Below are positions 25,761-38,299 of a stretch of DNA of 64,000 bases, one piece after another. This DNA is from Haplodiscus bocki (Eukaryota), in assembly GCA_965655095.1 (NCBI GenBank), contig OZ296657.1, forward strand, positions 45,384,001-45,448,000, in the 5' to 3' direction. Within the stretch, counting starts at the first letter, position 1. Each line of letters opens with the position of its first letter. The notes beneath the pieces were generated by a model. That model saw nothing but the letters and a program-made list of their open reading frames with translations. It did no database searches and was not told where the DNA came from. Position numbers and translations under genes: made by a program.

Positions 25761-28529
25761 GGATGCTTGTTTCCGTTGATGAGACGGAACAGAGGAAAGA
25801 TAGAATACGACTCCGCTGTTGCGCGAGACACTGGGACAGGATACATTTTCATGGAAGTCAATGAACGTTGGGCATCATCTCCTTTCGAGTGGGCATCATC
25901 TCTTGATCATATTTCGCCGAGACATAAACAAGACGGCTCCTTACCATTTGTAGTACTGGCAAAAACTGTTTGTAAACTAGAAAAATCAATATTTCGTCAA
26001 TACGTTGAAACCAGTTGTTGTTTTCATCAAGATATTTTTTCCAGTGGCACCTTTGTCTTTAGAAAACTGTTTTGGAGTGAAAATTTAAAAGACCGCTTTA
26101 GAGTATCACAAACTGTAGAGGAAAGCAAAGGATCCCACTTCTGTAACATGTCTACATCGTCACTATCCGACAACTCAATATTAACCAAAAAAAGTTTTCT
26201 TATTGATTGATGGCACTTCTTTTACAACAAGCTTTTCTTCGAAAGCTCGCAATGTTCTTGCACAAAACCGAGTGATGTCATCGTTCACAAAAATTATAGG
26301 GCTCCTCTGAGCCGTCGTCCAATTTCAGCACCTTCCTCTTGGCTTTGTCCGAGCTTTGACTTCCTGTCTGACAATTTCAGTCACGAGAAGTCTGAGGCCA
26401 GCTAGGCGAGATGGGAAGCGATGAGCGAAGCTGATGTCCCCTTTAGAAAAGCTGTTTTCAACTTTAGCTGTAACTATCCTCACCGTTCCATAGAGGTCTC
26501 TGGCATCCTTTATGAAAACTGCAGAGTTTTTAATACCTTTAAACCGTCCGTACTGCTCAATACACCTTGATTCAATTTTGTACGGTTAAATTGTAACACC
26601 ATTGCCTGCCAACTGCAGACATTCCACTGCTTAGGCTCGACAAAAGCCACAAAAAACTGGGCGTGAGAAAATGATCTTTGTTATATCTGAGGGCAGCCAC
26701 GCTAGTGTCTACGCAATTCAACTGCCATAACCCATTCCTGGACCAGTGCCTTCAACTTCATGCAATCTACTATCATTCGAAGACGTTGATTTACTTCTGT
26801 GATGAGAAAGCTTTGAATTCTATAAAAACATGCAACACGTTTTTCTCAACAATTAGTTTGATTGTAAGGTAAACGCAAATCTCCGAACACACAATCTTTT
26901 TGCTTCCGAATTCCGCAACTCTAGACTGCCGTCTCTCCGAGGTCAGCGTAATTAAGTTTCTTGATCTCTAACTCTCAACTTCATAAGAATACTAGTTCTT
27001 TAAAAGTGCGCGGTGTTGCCTAGTTTTATGGCACCAAAAGGGATTGATGGTCTGAAAAAAAATCCAATTGGTGCTGAGAAACTTTTTGTATGATTACCAA
27101 AAAGGAACTAATTTCTAAAGTTAGAACTATGTCTCCTAGTAGTATTCGCCAGTTTTTTAAACACTGTTGTGTCAGTAAATCAAAAGTTACTTCAAGGTTT
27201 TCTGCAACGTATATGTAAGAGAGAGCAAAAAAGACCAGAATATGAATAAATGTGAAGCGTATAAAGCAACAATTATGTTAAAAAATGACAAACTGGGAAG
27301 CAATTCCTCGTTTCAACTAAATGCTGAAGTGGGATTCAGCTTATTTGCCCCGTTTCTAATGACTTGTTTGAATTTTGTTCCTCAAAAAGCCAACTTTAGC
27401 TCTCGAAAATCCCACAAGTGTTAATTTTTAAAACATTTGCATATGATGTTGACTGAAGCAAAGCACATCAGTGAAAAACTCTTTGTCTTTCTGCTGTTCT
27501 CCTTGTGATCTTGCTGCTTTTCTGATAATGTTTTGAGAACCTTTTGAAATAGTTTCACGGCAAACCTATCTGTTTCAACTCGGTGATGTCTGTCACTGAC
27601 TTTTTTTATCTTCCTATGATGAGCTTCTAGAAAACAGCGACATATTCTTGACAATAAGTCTATACTAACGGTCAGAGTGGCCTCACTAGCATGTCAGTTT
27701 TGCCAATTTTTCAAACTTTGTATGTTCTACGTTTCGCTCGTAAGTCAAAAGTTGATATTTACTTGATTAGTTCGAACGCTCAATGATTTAATCATGTCGT
27801 GTGCCTCGATTATAAGTCTGACTTTCTTCCCTTCATTTTCTGCACCATTGTGCACTGAACCTGCCTTACGCACAAACCAAACACAGCCATTCATAGCCTT
27901 GAACATATTGATTGTTTCTGGGCTTAATGTACTCAGCTGGAATCTTTTATATTTCCTACAGAAACCCACTTGTTAACGAAAGTCCACTCTAATCTTCTAG
28001 AGTCTTCCACAGAACTTGGGAATAACGGGAAGAATTTGAAAAGTTTGTTGAGCATTTATTTCAGATTTGAGAAATGAGTACGTTTCTTTACTTTTAGAGA
28101 AGAGTTAGCGTTTTTAAATGAGTTTTGAAGAATTGAGGCAAGAAAGCAGTTTGTCGACTCCTCCTTTGGCTGAAAAACACCTGATCAAAGACAATTGTTG
28201 GATGAAACTCGCCGTTATCAGGTAGGGTTATGGTTTTACTCGGATCACCCGTAAGAACCCGACGGATAGCTGTTTAGTTTAAACATACCCACTGTCTAAA
28301 CCCTAGAGTGGTTTTGCAAGAGATGTCGAACTCAACAGCCCGGATTTATGAGATGACACAGAATGATAATTTTATGGCCCATCGTAAATCTATCGTTTTT
28401 AATGACGTTTTAAGGATTTGCCCGAAGTACCTTATTTTAGGTATCCTTTTTCCAACGCGACAACAAAGCATGGGCCAGCGAGAAAATTGAACTTACGCTG
28501 ATGCCCGAGCTAGAACAAATTTCATTAGT

Positions 28530-29102
28530 TTAGTTTTTTTTGAAGCTGACAACGTCGTCTGCAGATTGGCATCCCTCGAGTTCATAAACACTGCGGGCGC
28601 CTGGGTCAGAAAGAAATCGGTGAGCCTGCTGTAGCCCAGCAAACGTTTTCTGAGTTTCTCCCTGGTCTGGGTGACACAATAGCTTCAGCTTTCGGAACCT
28701 CTTTATAACTGAATCTATTGCGGCGTCATTCGTCAGCATCAGCTGCTGGTACAAATTGAGATAATCGCCCATTTTTGTTGCCTTGTCGCGAGTTTTCAGC
28801 TCACTATTGAAGGTCGCAACAGTGTCTCGCTGGTTTTTCAGCTGCTTGAGCAAGCTTCGAGAACGCTCCTTCTGCTCATCAAGTGCTTCTATCGCTGCGA
28901 TAAAATCGGCTGCAGCACTCTGCAACTTTGCCTTCAGGCTAGCGATTACTTTCAACTGTTGTTCAAGCGTAAGCTGGTGCTGATGGGCTTCGTCCTTTTG
29001 AAAGTGCAGTTGCCCCTTGCTGACTTCTGCTTTCCTCTGAAGGGATGACACTTCCTGTAGAACAGCTTCTACTTGAAATACCTGGATTTTACGCTCGTTC
29101 AT
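28530..29102 (-). CDS. Coiled-coil + C-terminal J-domain (DnaJ-like) protein carried by the Gypsy element
   Basis: 190 aa open frame: heptad-rich N-terminus, then NLYQQLML..AAIDSVIKRFRKLKLLCHPDQG..KTFAGLQQAHRFLSDPGARSVYE. HPD at 28665-28673. Confidence 0.8.
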   Translation of the reverse strand: MNERKIQVFQVEAVLQEVSSLQRKAEVSKGQLHFQKDEAHQHQLTLEQQLKVIASLKAKLQSAAADFIAAIEALDEQKERSRSLLKQLKNQRDTVATFNSELKTRDKATKMGDYLNLYQQLMLTNDAAIDSVIKRFRKLKLLCHPDQGETQKTFAGLQQAHRFLSDPGARSVYELEGCQSADDVVSFKKN

Positions 29103-29656
29103 TAGGGCAACATTCTGTTCCCAGACAGAAGCAAAACTTGCCTCTACTATTTCTGCCCCCTAAGCAAACAACAGAAGATGAAACGTCACAGCAACTGCAA
29201 CATTTTGGGCTGTACTTTGGTTACCGTCAACGCGGAAGACACTTGCTTTCATCTTTGATTTGACTACGAAGACTTTGGGGATGTAGTAAACAGTTTCGCT
29301 AATTTTGGGATAAATATTTAATCAACAGAGAGTTCATAAAACAAAACAAATACACCAGTGTGATTTTGGTGGGTATGTAACTTGTTGTTGACAATGGATA
29401 GACATCTCCAGTCTGTAATTTGTTAGGCGAAGCCCGCTCGAAGGAAACAAATCTTTCGACTTCAATTTTTAGGGAAAAGGTGGAATTCACCTTTTACCTA
29501 ATTTTGGAAGTAACCACACTTCCTGCGTTCTACCGGAGTAGGTGAATCACACCTACAAGTTTTTTTCCTTCTTCTTGTCCAGAAAGTACACAGACCTCGA
29601 TTAGTCACTCCAGTTGTTCTTTCTCGAGAGCTCGTCTTCAGTTCTTCAAGGTAGCA

Positions 29657-30180
29657 TTATTCATATACTTCTATGGTTTTCTCATCGTTCAAAATTGAAA
29701 AGGCTCGGTGCATGGTTTTGAATTGGTCTTCGCAACCTCCGACATCCGGATGGGTTATAGCAGCCAATTTTTTGTAGTTCATTTTAGTTGCATGTAAGTC
29801 AGCGTTTTCGTGGACGAAAAAAATCTCATACAGCTTGGAAGGTCTTTATAAAATGTTTTTTTTTGTTTTCTTACAGGAATCAATGCCTCTGTAACTCTTG
29901 CGTTGCTTCTTTCACTCTTTACAAATATGCGTTGCGTGTCGATGTTTTCCGTCAGTCTTTTTTTGTTCTACCTCGTAGGGCTCTTACATGGATCTCAAAT
30001 TCCTGAATTCGGCGCCACTCTTCGTCGTTTCCTACATTGATTCGCACCACTGCCGACATTAGCTGCTCTTCTAATGCCTCATTTTTTAATTTTGAAAGCT
30101 CCAACCTCTGTCAAAGCCGGATCAATTGAGCTGGAGATGCATCAATTTTTGACTTGATGTTTCGAGGACTCAAAGCATCA
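29657..30180 (-). pseudogene. Second J-domain ORF (disrupted; absent from the ORF track)
   Basis: Manual translation: MNYKKLAAITHPDVGGCEDQFKTMHRAFSILNDEKTIEVYE*, HPD at 29744-29752. Upstream charged region broken by stops and frameshifts. Confidence 0.75.
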
Positions 30181-30498
30181 CCGGGAGCCATTATCGAATG
30201 CCCGGAAATGCATCCCCGTACCCGGTAGAGTCCGGGTGCTGCTTTTGATTTTTTGGGCTAGAGTTCAGGTAAATAATAGACGTACTCATTATTGCGTCCC
30301 TCAGCAAAATCTGAACAAAACAAAATCTATATTATGTGCGATATTTGACCGACTTTATTTCCAGCACCGGTTTATGTTCTCCATTCATATTATTAACCCT
30401 TTCAGCAGTCGTTCTGTTGGTTTTCTGACACCATAATAACTTCGTTTTTCCGCTGACCGTTATCTCGTTTCATTTCCCTGACCTCTGCCAGGTATTGA

Positions 30499-32280
30499 TT
30501 ATACTCGTAAAACGGGTTCAACGGCTGTACAACTTCCCTGTTGTTCGAGCTTGATAATGAAGAAAAGTTTTATGAAAAAGCGTAACATAGTACCTAACAA
30601 TGTCTGAGTCACGATAGTTATTGCAATTTCCCTGGCAGTCCACAAAAGCAACAATGTGTCTTTTTCCACTGTTTCAAAAACTTTGGATGCAGCCCAGCTG
30701 AAACCTAGCTGTCGATATGGTATATTGAAATGAAAATAATGCTCGTGAAAGTTTTGGTCCTGGGAACCTAGGTATACCACTGTCCATGCGATAATTGTTC
30801 TGCTATGTCTCCGAGCCCTCGCTCGACTACTCCGCTGAAGATCGTCCCTTGTGAACAGTCCCATCTCTTTCAAACCGATCAAATGCTGGGGTCTCATTTC
30901 TTGTCTGGTTTTTTCGTAAATTGACATTGGTCTGACGCAGGGAATCTTGAGCTTCTCACCGAAAGTAATCCATCTGCCGTTCCAGAGTCTCATCAAAATA
31001 GGATAGAGAGGATTGCACTCAGTCAACGTATAATTTTGCTGAAAGACTTTTGTGATGAGGTTCATATTTTTTGGCATCGTTTCTTTGCCATGCCCCAATC
31101 GGACCGACACTTCTTCACTGTAGGAACCAATTTAAACATTTGTAATTTCCATTTTTGCACATCTATGACGATAAATTAATCCACCTGCCTTTTCGAGATG
31201 TATACCTTCCATTCCTACTCCCCATACTGCCTTGTCTAACTAAAATGTTCAAAAAGGTTTCAATTGAGATCTTAGTTGATCCATTTGACAATTTTGACAA
31301 ATCACTTCAACGCAGATATCTTCCATTTCTTGTAACCCGCTCAAATAGACAAGTTCCAACAGACTCTGTATGATTATTCTCTGGTCCCGCGTGTTATATT
31401 GTGCTTTGGGTAGATCCAGTAACTGGAAACTGATATACATACTCTGAACGAATGTCGGAAAGATAATTCTATTGAACCATTTGAGAGGTTCATTGTCGAC
31501 CTCAACGGCAAAACGTTTATCACATTTTGAACTAACGAAACGCATCAGTAAACTGCTTTTTGCTTCGTCAATTTTTTTGCTTCGTTGTCTTCCGTGATTG
31601 TTACATGTTTCGACCAGACGCAATTTGTGGTGTTCCGCCTCAAGTACACCACAAAATTGTGATCGAAATACTTTGGTAAATTAGACATCGAAATATAAAT
31701 CATGAAAAGATTCTGCCACATAAAGAAAAAAACATCCGCGTGGATTGCCTTTGTGGCGTACAACTTGCCCATTGTCAGTCTCCTATTGATTAACACAATT
31801 CTGTTGATAGTGTCACCTAGTGGTGTAATCCATTCCACAAGCTAAACATAACCTATGCCACGCCTTTTTTCTTTCATAAATGTAGCTGAAGAATCAAAAG
31901 TCTCAAATTTTTTCGTCCTGGCCTGTTCCACTTTCCTATTTTCGGTTGAACTGAGTTAAAATTCCTCTTTTTAAACCCTAGTAGTTTCAGTTTGTTTCCA
32001 GCACATACCGATTGGCAACTGTCAATTGGTATCGGGCGAAATCTCGGTAGTGTTTTCGGTTCTCGGTGCAAAAAAAATCCTTCTTCGTATACGTTAGATT
32101 TCTTGATTTTTGCTACTGTGTACGAAGCCTGGGATTTAGATTGTCTCAACTCTACTTCAAGATTGTTCCCATGGAGGAGGATTGTCACGTCAGTTATATT
32201 GGTACTACTCCTCGAAACTCGAGAGCTTTGTTGTTGGTTACTTAAGGATAAGAATGACCTTCTTACGATTTGCTCCAAAT
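30499..32280 (-). pseudogene. Accessory ORF remnants between integrase and PPT of the Gypsy element (unknown function)
   Basis: Co-oriented ORF pieces of 134, 97, 124 and 203 aa downstream of pol. No family recognised. Confidence 0.4.
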
Positions 32281-32899
32281 CATATCACACTGTCTAAATT
32301 CCATCGCTGAGCGCGAACTCGCTGCAGACAGACAAAATTAAAATCAATGAGTACAAGTAAAAACCTTGTTTGCCTAAATTTGCTTCTTTCTCCATTGTTA
32401 ACACTCACTTGCTTCGTGAACCAAAAACATAATCGTTATCACCGTCATCATCATCGTCATTATAGACGAAATAGTCGCCAAACCGTTTCAAAACCCAACG
32501 GACACTCTCAATTTTTTCTCTAAGCAGTGGTACGGACTTCTGCCTATTTTTTCCAAAACGGACTTTTGCGCACCTGCTCTAGATTTTCCGAACCCTTTAC
32601 ACTTTTCTTCGCCAGTGGCAGTACTGATGCTCCAACTAGAATCTTCGGTAGTCCCAGCATATTGGATTTCGTTCTGCTTGTTTTGGGGTGTGCATTCCTT
32701 TATGTTTCTCCCTTCTGTTGGCACCCTGTGTTTTGCGGGGTTAGGCAGTACTGTTTCTTTTACCTCTGTCTCGATAAAATCGTCATCTGTTTCCTCCACT
32801 GAAGAAGACGTCTCCTGTTGCTGAGACCTGCTAACAATTTTCATTCGCAAAAAAACTATTCTGGAGTTTTGTACTTCTTCAATCTATCGTAACGCTTTT

Positions 32900-35800
32900 T
32901 AAAATATTTCATTGTGCCGTCATAACAGACACGAAAGTTTGGATTGCTATTAATTTCTACGATAGTGTAGAGTTGCTTGTAAAAACAGGTGAAATCTTTT
33001 TTTTCTCTTTTTCCACAGTCGGCCAGAAAACAAGGACCTGCTCTCCGTCACTGTACGTTGGAGAATAAGTACGATAATCGTAATATGTCTTTTGGTGAGT
33101 TTGTTCTACCTCCTTTTCTGCTCTCACCAAGTGATGTTCCCTCTACGTTTCTCTCTTCGTATTGAATTTGAAACCACTTGATGTCGCAAAGATTTTTGTC
33201 TGACGTGTCTTGTACATACAGTTAAGAGGTAGTCTCAAAAGCGTTCGTAGCACCACGTGGGAAGGGGTACATTTGGTCACTGCGTGAACTGAAGTGCGGT
33301 AGACCATCAATACCAGTTAAAAAACATTTCCATTCATGCTGATGTTCATCCACATACTTACGGAGGCTTTCTCCCATGTCTTGTTCGTCCATTCAATCAT
33401 TGCAATTCCGTTCGGGTGAAAAGACGTGTTTGAAGTCCTTTCAATGCCAAGAATCCGACCAAGTTCAGGAAAAAATTCAGACACGAACTTCGTTCCCTTA
33501 TCACTTTAGATATTGACAGGGCAGCCAATTTTAGTTATCCACATTTCGTACAAAGCTCGGGCAACTTTGTGTGCCTCTTGATTTGGCACCTCTACGGCCT
33601 CGTATAAATTTTTTAACTGATCACCATTTAAGAAATTCTACTTATACACCTCCGAAACAGGCAAGAACCTCATCATGTCTAGCGATACTTGCCAGAAAGG
33701 GTCACTAGGCTGAAAAGTTGTGAGACTGTGTCTGTGTTTTCTAGCGTTCAATTCCTTCTCAGTCGTTGATCACAACTGTCAACTCAGTTCCGCAGATCAC
33801 GTTTCAAGCCAGGCCAGAAGAAACGCTTCTGAGCCCTGTGACATAACATTTTGATACCAAAATGCCAGCACACGGATTTTCATAGAGCCGAAGTAGAATA
33901 TGCGGAATTTGGGCGTGAGGAACGATAAATTGCTGCGTTATTTGTCTAATTTTCTTCAATTTTTTCTCTTCCTGTAGAGAAGTCCATCAATGTTTTCTAA
34001 AACTTTAAAATCAACCCAGAAGTTCCAGATTTTTTTGAGGACCCCGTTGTTTGCCGCCTGTCGGGTATCTGTTGTCTTCCTTGTTCCAGCCGAACAAAAA
34101 TGTTAGCTAAATTTCTATCGTGCTTCTGTTTCATTCGGTTCTTTTACGGTCAGCGTCTTGGATCACCTGCCATGGATTAGCTCTAGCGTTTTCAGTTGCT
34201 ATATCGCTTTTTATTGAAACGGTCACAAACGTCGTTATGCCACTCTCTGCGGTTTGAACTCATGACAGACAATCAGCATGAATTATGTCTTTTCCAGCGT
34301 TATGGCTTATTGCGAACTTAAACTACCCCAATTGTTCAAGCGATTTTTCAATCATACCTTCAGGATCTTTTAAACTATACAGCTACACCAATGCTTGTTG
34401 GTCTGTGACAATTACAAACTTCCGACCCGGTAGCTAAGGCTTGAAGCGATTCCTAAAGTGAACCACAGTAAAAAGCTTACGTTTTTTTGCAGAACAGTTC
34501 CTCTGACTTTTGTTTAGAGTCTTGCTGGCTCATGCAATAATTCTGTCGACTTCTTGCATTTGAGTCAAAACTGGACCAATGCCAGTCAAGAATGCATTTG
34601 TGGATAATGTGTCCCCATTGCAGTTGTTTGCGTAGCCGTGGACGGGCGCTGACAGAAGTTGCCTCTTCAACTCTTACAGTGCATCTTCGCACATTTTTGT
34701 CAAAAGAAGCTTGTTTTTCCTGCTTCAGTAGTTGGTATAGAGGTTCTGAAGTATTCACAAAACACGGAATAAACTTCCTATAAAAACCAACTAACCCCAG
34801 CGCTGCTAATTTTTTTTTCAAATTTCTTGTTGATTTCATTTTTTCTTCGGCTGCCATTTTTGTTTGCTCCACTTCTGCTCCTTTTTCTGACACACATGCC
34901 CCAAAAACATGAAATCTTTTCTGGAAAACTTTACATTTGGAGCCTTTCGTCTTGAGACCGCTTTTCTCGAGTCGCGCAAACACCTCCTCCAAACGTAGTA
35001 AATGCTCCTCAAACATTTTTCCAAAGACAATTATGTCACCTGAATACACCTGGCAACATCGTAAGAATGACAACTGAACACCATTTCCATTAATATTTGG
35101 AATACTCCAAGTGCAGATGCCAGATCCATTGGTAATCGTTTCCACTTGTAGAGTCCCATTGGACTAATCAAAGCCGTCAACTTTTGGCTTTCCTCATTCT
35201 AAGCCATTTGAAATTATCCTGGCGTTGAATCAATGCTCGTGAAAAACATATTGCTTTCCAAAAAAAGAATCACGTCATTGATTCTTGGAAGAGACAACAT
35301 GTTTATCCGATTTGTTTGTTAGGTCCATGGTGGTCTACAACCAAACGGTATGTCCTATCGTTTTTGGGGACCAGTGTTAGAGCGATAAGATCTGCTTCCG
35401 CTTGTCCTTCCACACTTTTTTTAATTGCTTTTGTCTTGTCAAAACTTATGTTACCGTGAGCCTGACGAAAAAGTTATCGTCCTATTATAATTTGATTTGG
35501 TTTTCTATCTGATAATTGAAACCCAAGTTATTGCCATTCGTGGAAAAGTTTTTCTCAAAAATTTGACAAAAACTCGTTAGTTTCTTCATTTTCGATAAAA
35601 TCATGTGCTGGCGATCAATTCTGACGTACTTCTTGAAATCGAATTTTTCTTTTTCGGCGTTTTTTGATGGTTCTGTTCGTACAGAAAATATTTGGTGCTC
35701 AAACCCAAATGTTTCAATGATCCCGACCGCGGATTTTTCTATGTAACATTATCTTCATTATGAGACTCTATGAATAGTACCCAACAAGATCCCGCATTAT

Positions 35801-36327
35801 CTCTAATTAAGATTTTTGCTACCCTTTACTCACTTGAACCTTGGGAAGGTTCGACTGGAGTTACCATTCCTTCGAAGCTGTAAATTTTCGAACCGTCTTC
35901 GTTTCCTATTGCGCATTGCAGTATCTTGTCGCTTCTAGCTGGAACTTCTTGTGTTGAGACTAATGTCAAGTACGTTGAGTAATTGGTATTTGGTCTTTGA
36001 TTCAATGGTAACTTTAGGCATATATTCCCACGGAAGAGATTTTTTCTTGGCATACAATTTGCTATCATTTGTGGTCAGATAATCCAACCCCACCAGAAAA
36101 TGAACTGTGTCTACAGTCGATAATAGGAAATCGGCCCGGAACTCATGTGCAAATTTCACTGATTGAGCTATAAGCTCTCCTTTTCCTTTTACAGGCATTG
36201 GTGTACTTTTCGCTGTCAGATATTTTTCCTAGTAGACCTCCAAGGCACCACTGAACCCCAGTGATTGCAAGAAAATCCGGCTAACTAATGACGAACTGCC
36301 GCCGCTATCCACAATTGCAGAAGAAGC
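32900..36327 (-). pseudogene. Gypsy pol (protease-RT-RNase H-integrase), disrupted
   Basis: SSAIVDSGGSSS protease (about 36300); VYSGDIIVFGKMFEEHLLRLEEVF...LGLVGFYRKFIP RT (ORF 34477-35145); FVIVTDQQAL RNase H; KRFFWPGLKRDL, SDKGTKF and FHPNG integrase. Confidence 0.9.
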
Positions 36328-37920
36328 ATACGAAGGAATGAGGAAAAGCTTGATAAGCACGAGGAGCGATATCGAAGCTTGCTTGAGCAGCTGAAAATCC
36401 AGAGAGACACCGTTGTGACCCTAAATCGTGAGCTGAAAGCTCGCGACAATGCAACTAAGTTGGGCGATGTTCTGGGTTTGTAGCAGCGGGCTCACCTATT
36501 TCTTGCAAACCCAGATGGTCACATGGTTTATGAACTCGAGGGAAGCGAAGCTGCAGACGACGTTCTCAGCTTCAAAAACAAAATATAAACGTTTGAACTT
36601 TGTTTTCGCTAAGGCATCAGCAGAGGATTAATTTTCTCGCTGGCCGCTGGTTTGTTTTTGTTTTCTTGTTTTGCTGAGATAAGGCCAACGTTTTTATAGG
36701 CTACTTAAAAAAATACATTGGGAAAATCTACAGAACGTCAATAAAAGCGGTCGGCCATAAAACTATTTTCTTGTGACTTGTCATAAATCTGGGCTGTCAC
36801 GTTCGACAGCTTTTGCACAGTTACTCTAGGGTTTTGACAGTTGGCATGTTTAAGCAAGAGAGCTATCCGTTGGGTTCTTACGGGTGAGTTGAACAATACC
36901 ATAATCCTACCTGATAACGGCGAGTTTCACCCAACCCTTGTAATTAGTGATGAAGTGTATACAAGCCAAAAGAGGAGTCAGTTTTTTGCTTTGTCAGTTG
37001 ATTTGAATCCTTCATTTTTCATTTCAGCACGCTGACGCTCTTCTCAAATTAAGGAAATCTATTCATTTTTTTTCCTGAATTATTCTCTCAGGAGACTCTC
37101 CACAATTTTATTGTTTTTCCAAAGTTCTGAGGACGACTATAGCGGTGAAAAAAGTCATCAAAATCAAATGTCATCCGAATCTCAGCCTCATTTCTACTTC
37201 GCCTCCTGAATCGCAAATCGCATCTGCATCGCATATAAAACTTTCGACTCTATATTTTAAACTCTGTGAGTAACCTTATTGAATCTTTGTTTCCTTCTCG
37301 GGATTTTTGAAGTGACGCCCGTTCAAAGGAGGAAATAAATTTGGAAGGAGAAGCTCAGGAAAACGCAATCAAAGCAGAAAGTTTGAGGAGCGGGGCAGAC
37401 GAAATAGAGGGCGTACCGGTTACAGGGAGGCAGATACAAAGACCCAACTCCCGGAAGATCCCCAGGACGGCGCGAACGGTCACTATCTCGAGAGAAGTTT
37501 TCTGAACCTGATTGTAAAGTGAGAACTCAAAGTGATAGCTGACGCAACTGCAGTCAACGAGGTCACTGTACGAGAGAGTCAAAAAATTCTTTCAAGTGTG
37601 AAAGTTCACCATTGAGAAAATATTGCCCGTTTTTAAACTGAAGAAGGCTGGTGTCGAGATGGCCGCAAATTTTCCTACCAAAACTAAGGCCATGGTATGA
37701 ATGACGAGAGAAATGAAGTCAACGACAACGCAACCGTTATATGCGACGCTGCTGATACAAGGCAAGTTGGCTTCTGCGTTGGTGGATAGCGGCAGCAGTG
37801 TATCATTATTTAGCTGGATTTTCTTGCAATCTCTGGGATTCAGTGGTGCATTGGAATGCTACAAGTTAGAACTTCTTAAAGCAAACAGTACATCAATGCC
37901 TGTAAAAAAAACAAGAATAA
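36328..37920 (+). mobile_element. Second partial copy of the same Gypsy family: partial 5' LTR (with HPD-deleted J-ORF), leader/gag remnant, protease start
   Basis: 36350-36590 translates LDKHEERYRSLLEQLKIQRDTVVTLNRELKARDNATKLGD..AHLFLANPDGHMVYELEG, homologous to ORF 28530. 36600-37160 is the inverted homologue of 27971-28530. ORF 37701 has ASALVDSGSSVSL. Confidence 0.8.
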
Positions 37921-38299
37921 GTCATGCTCAGAATCCTTGTTTTTACATTTTGACCCGGCTGTGGCACATCTTTCAGTAAAATCAGGTTGTTGGTTCTCTT
38001 TTTTGTCAATCGGGGGAAAGATCCGCCCAAAAAATTCCTTTCCAATTGTTTCTCAATTCGATTGCTGATTCTTTGAGTTTCTTTTATAACTGCCCATTCG
38101 CTCGCGTTTTTGGCAAGAACTTAATTTGTTTGAATAGCTTTGAAAATTCAAATTTGATCGAGGAAGAGTTTTTTTTGTCTCAGTACAGTCTTTGATACTG
38201 TTGAGCAACATCGAAGCTTTTGAGTTCCTGACTAGTCTGTGTGGATTGGAAGGCTCAAGAATTTGAGCTGCTGTTTCACTTCACTTTTTCTTATTCCAA

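Larger units (their letters stand above)
27971..30291 (-). repeat. Putative ~2.3 kb 3' LTR containing two J-domain ORFs
   Basis: Starts TAATGA right after the PPT-like tract (possibly decayed TGATGA) and ends ..TTAACA at 27971. The sister copy ends GTCATCA at 37160 and is followed by leader/gag/protease. The 5' boundary is inferred. Confidence 0.55.
27971..36327 (-). mobile_element. Ty3/Gypsy LTR retrotransposon, 5'-truncated at protease, with accessory ORFs and a long 3' LTR
   Basis: Domain order PR-RT-RH-IN on minus, then extra ORFs, a purine-rich tract (gctgagggacgcaa, 30305-30292) and an LTR-like segment whose 3' part recurs inverted at 36330-37160. Confidence 0.85.
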
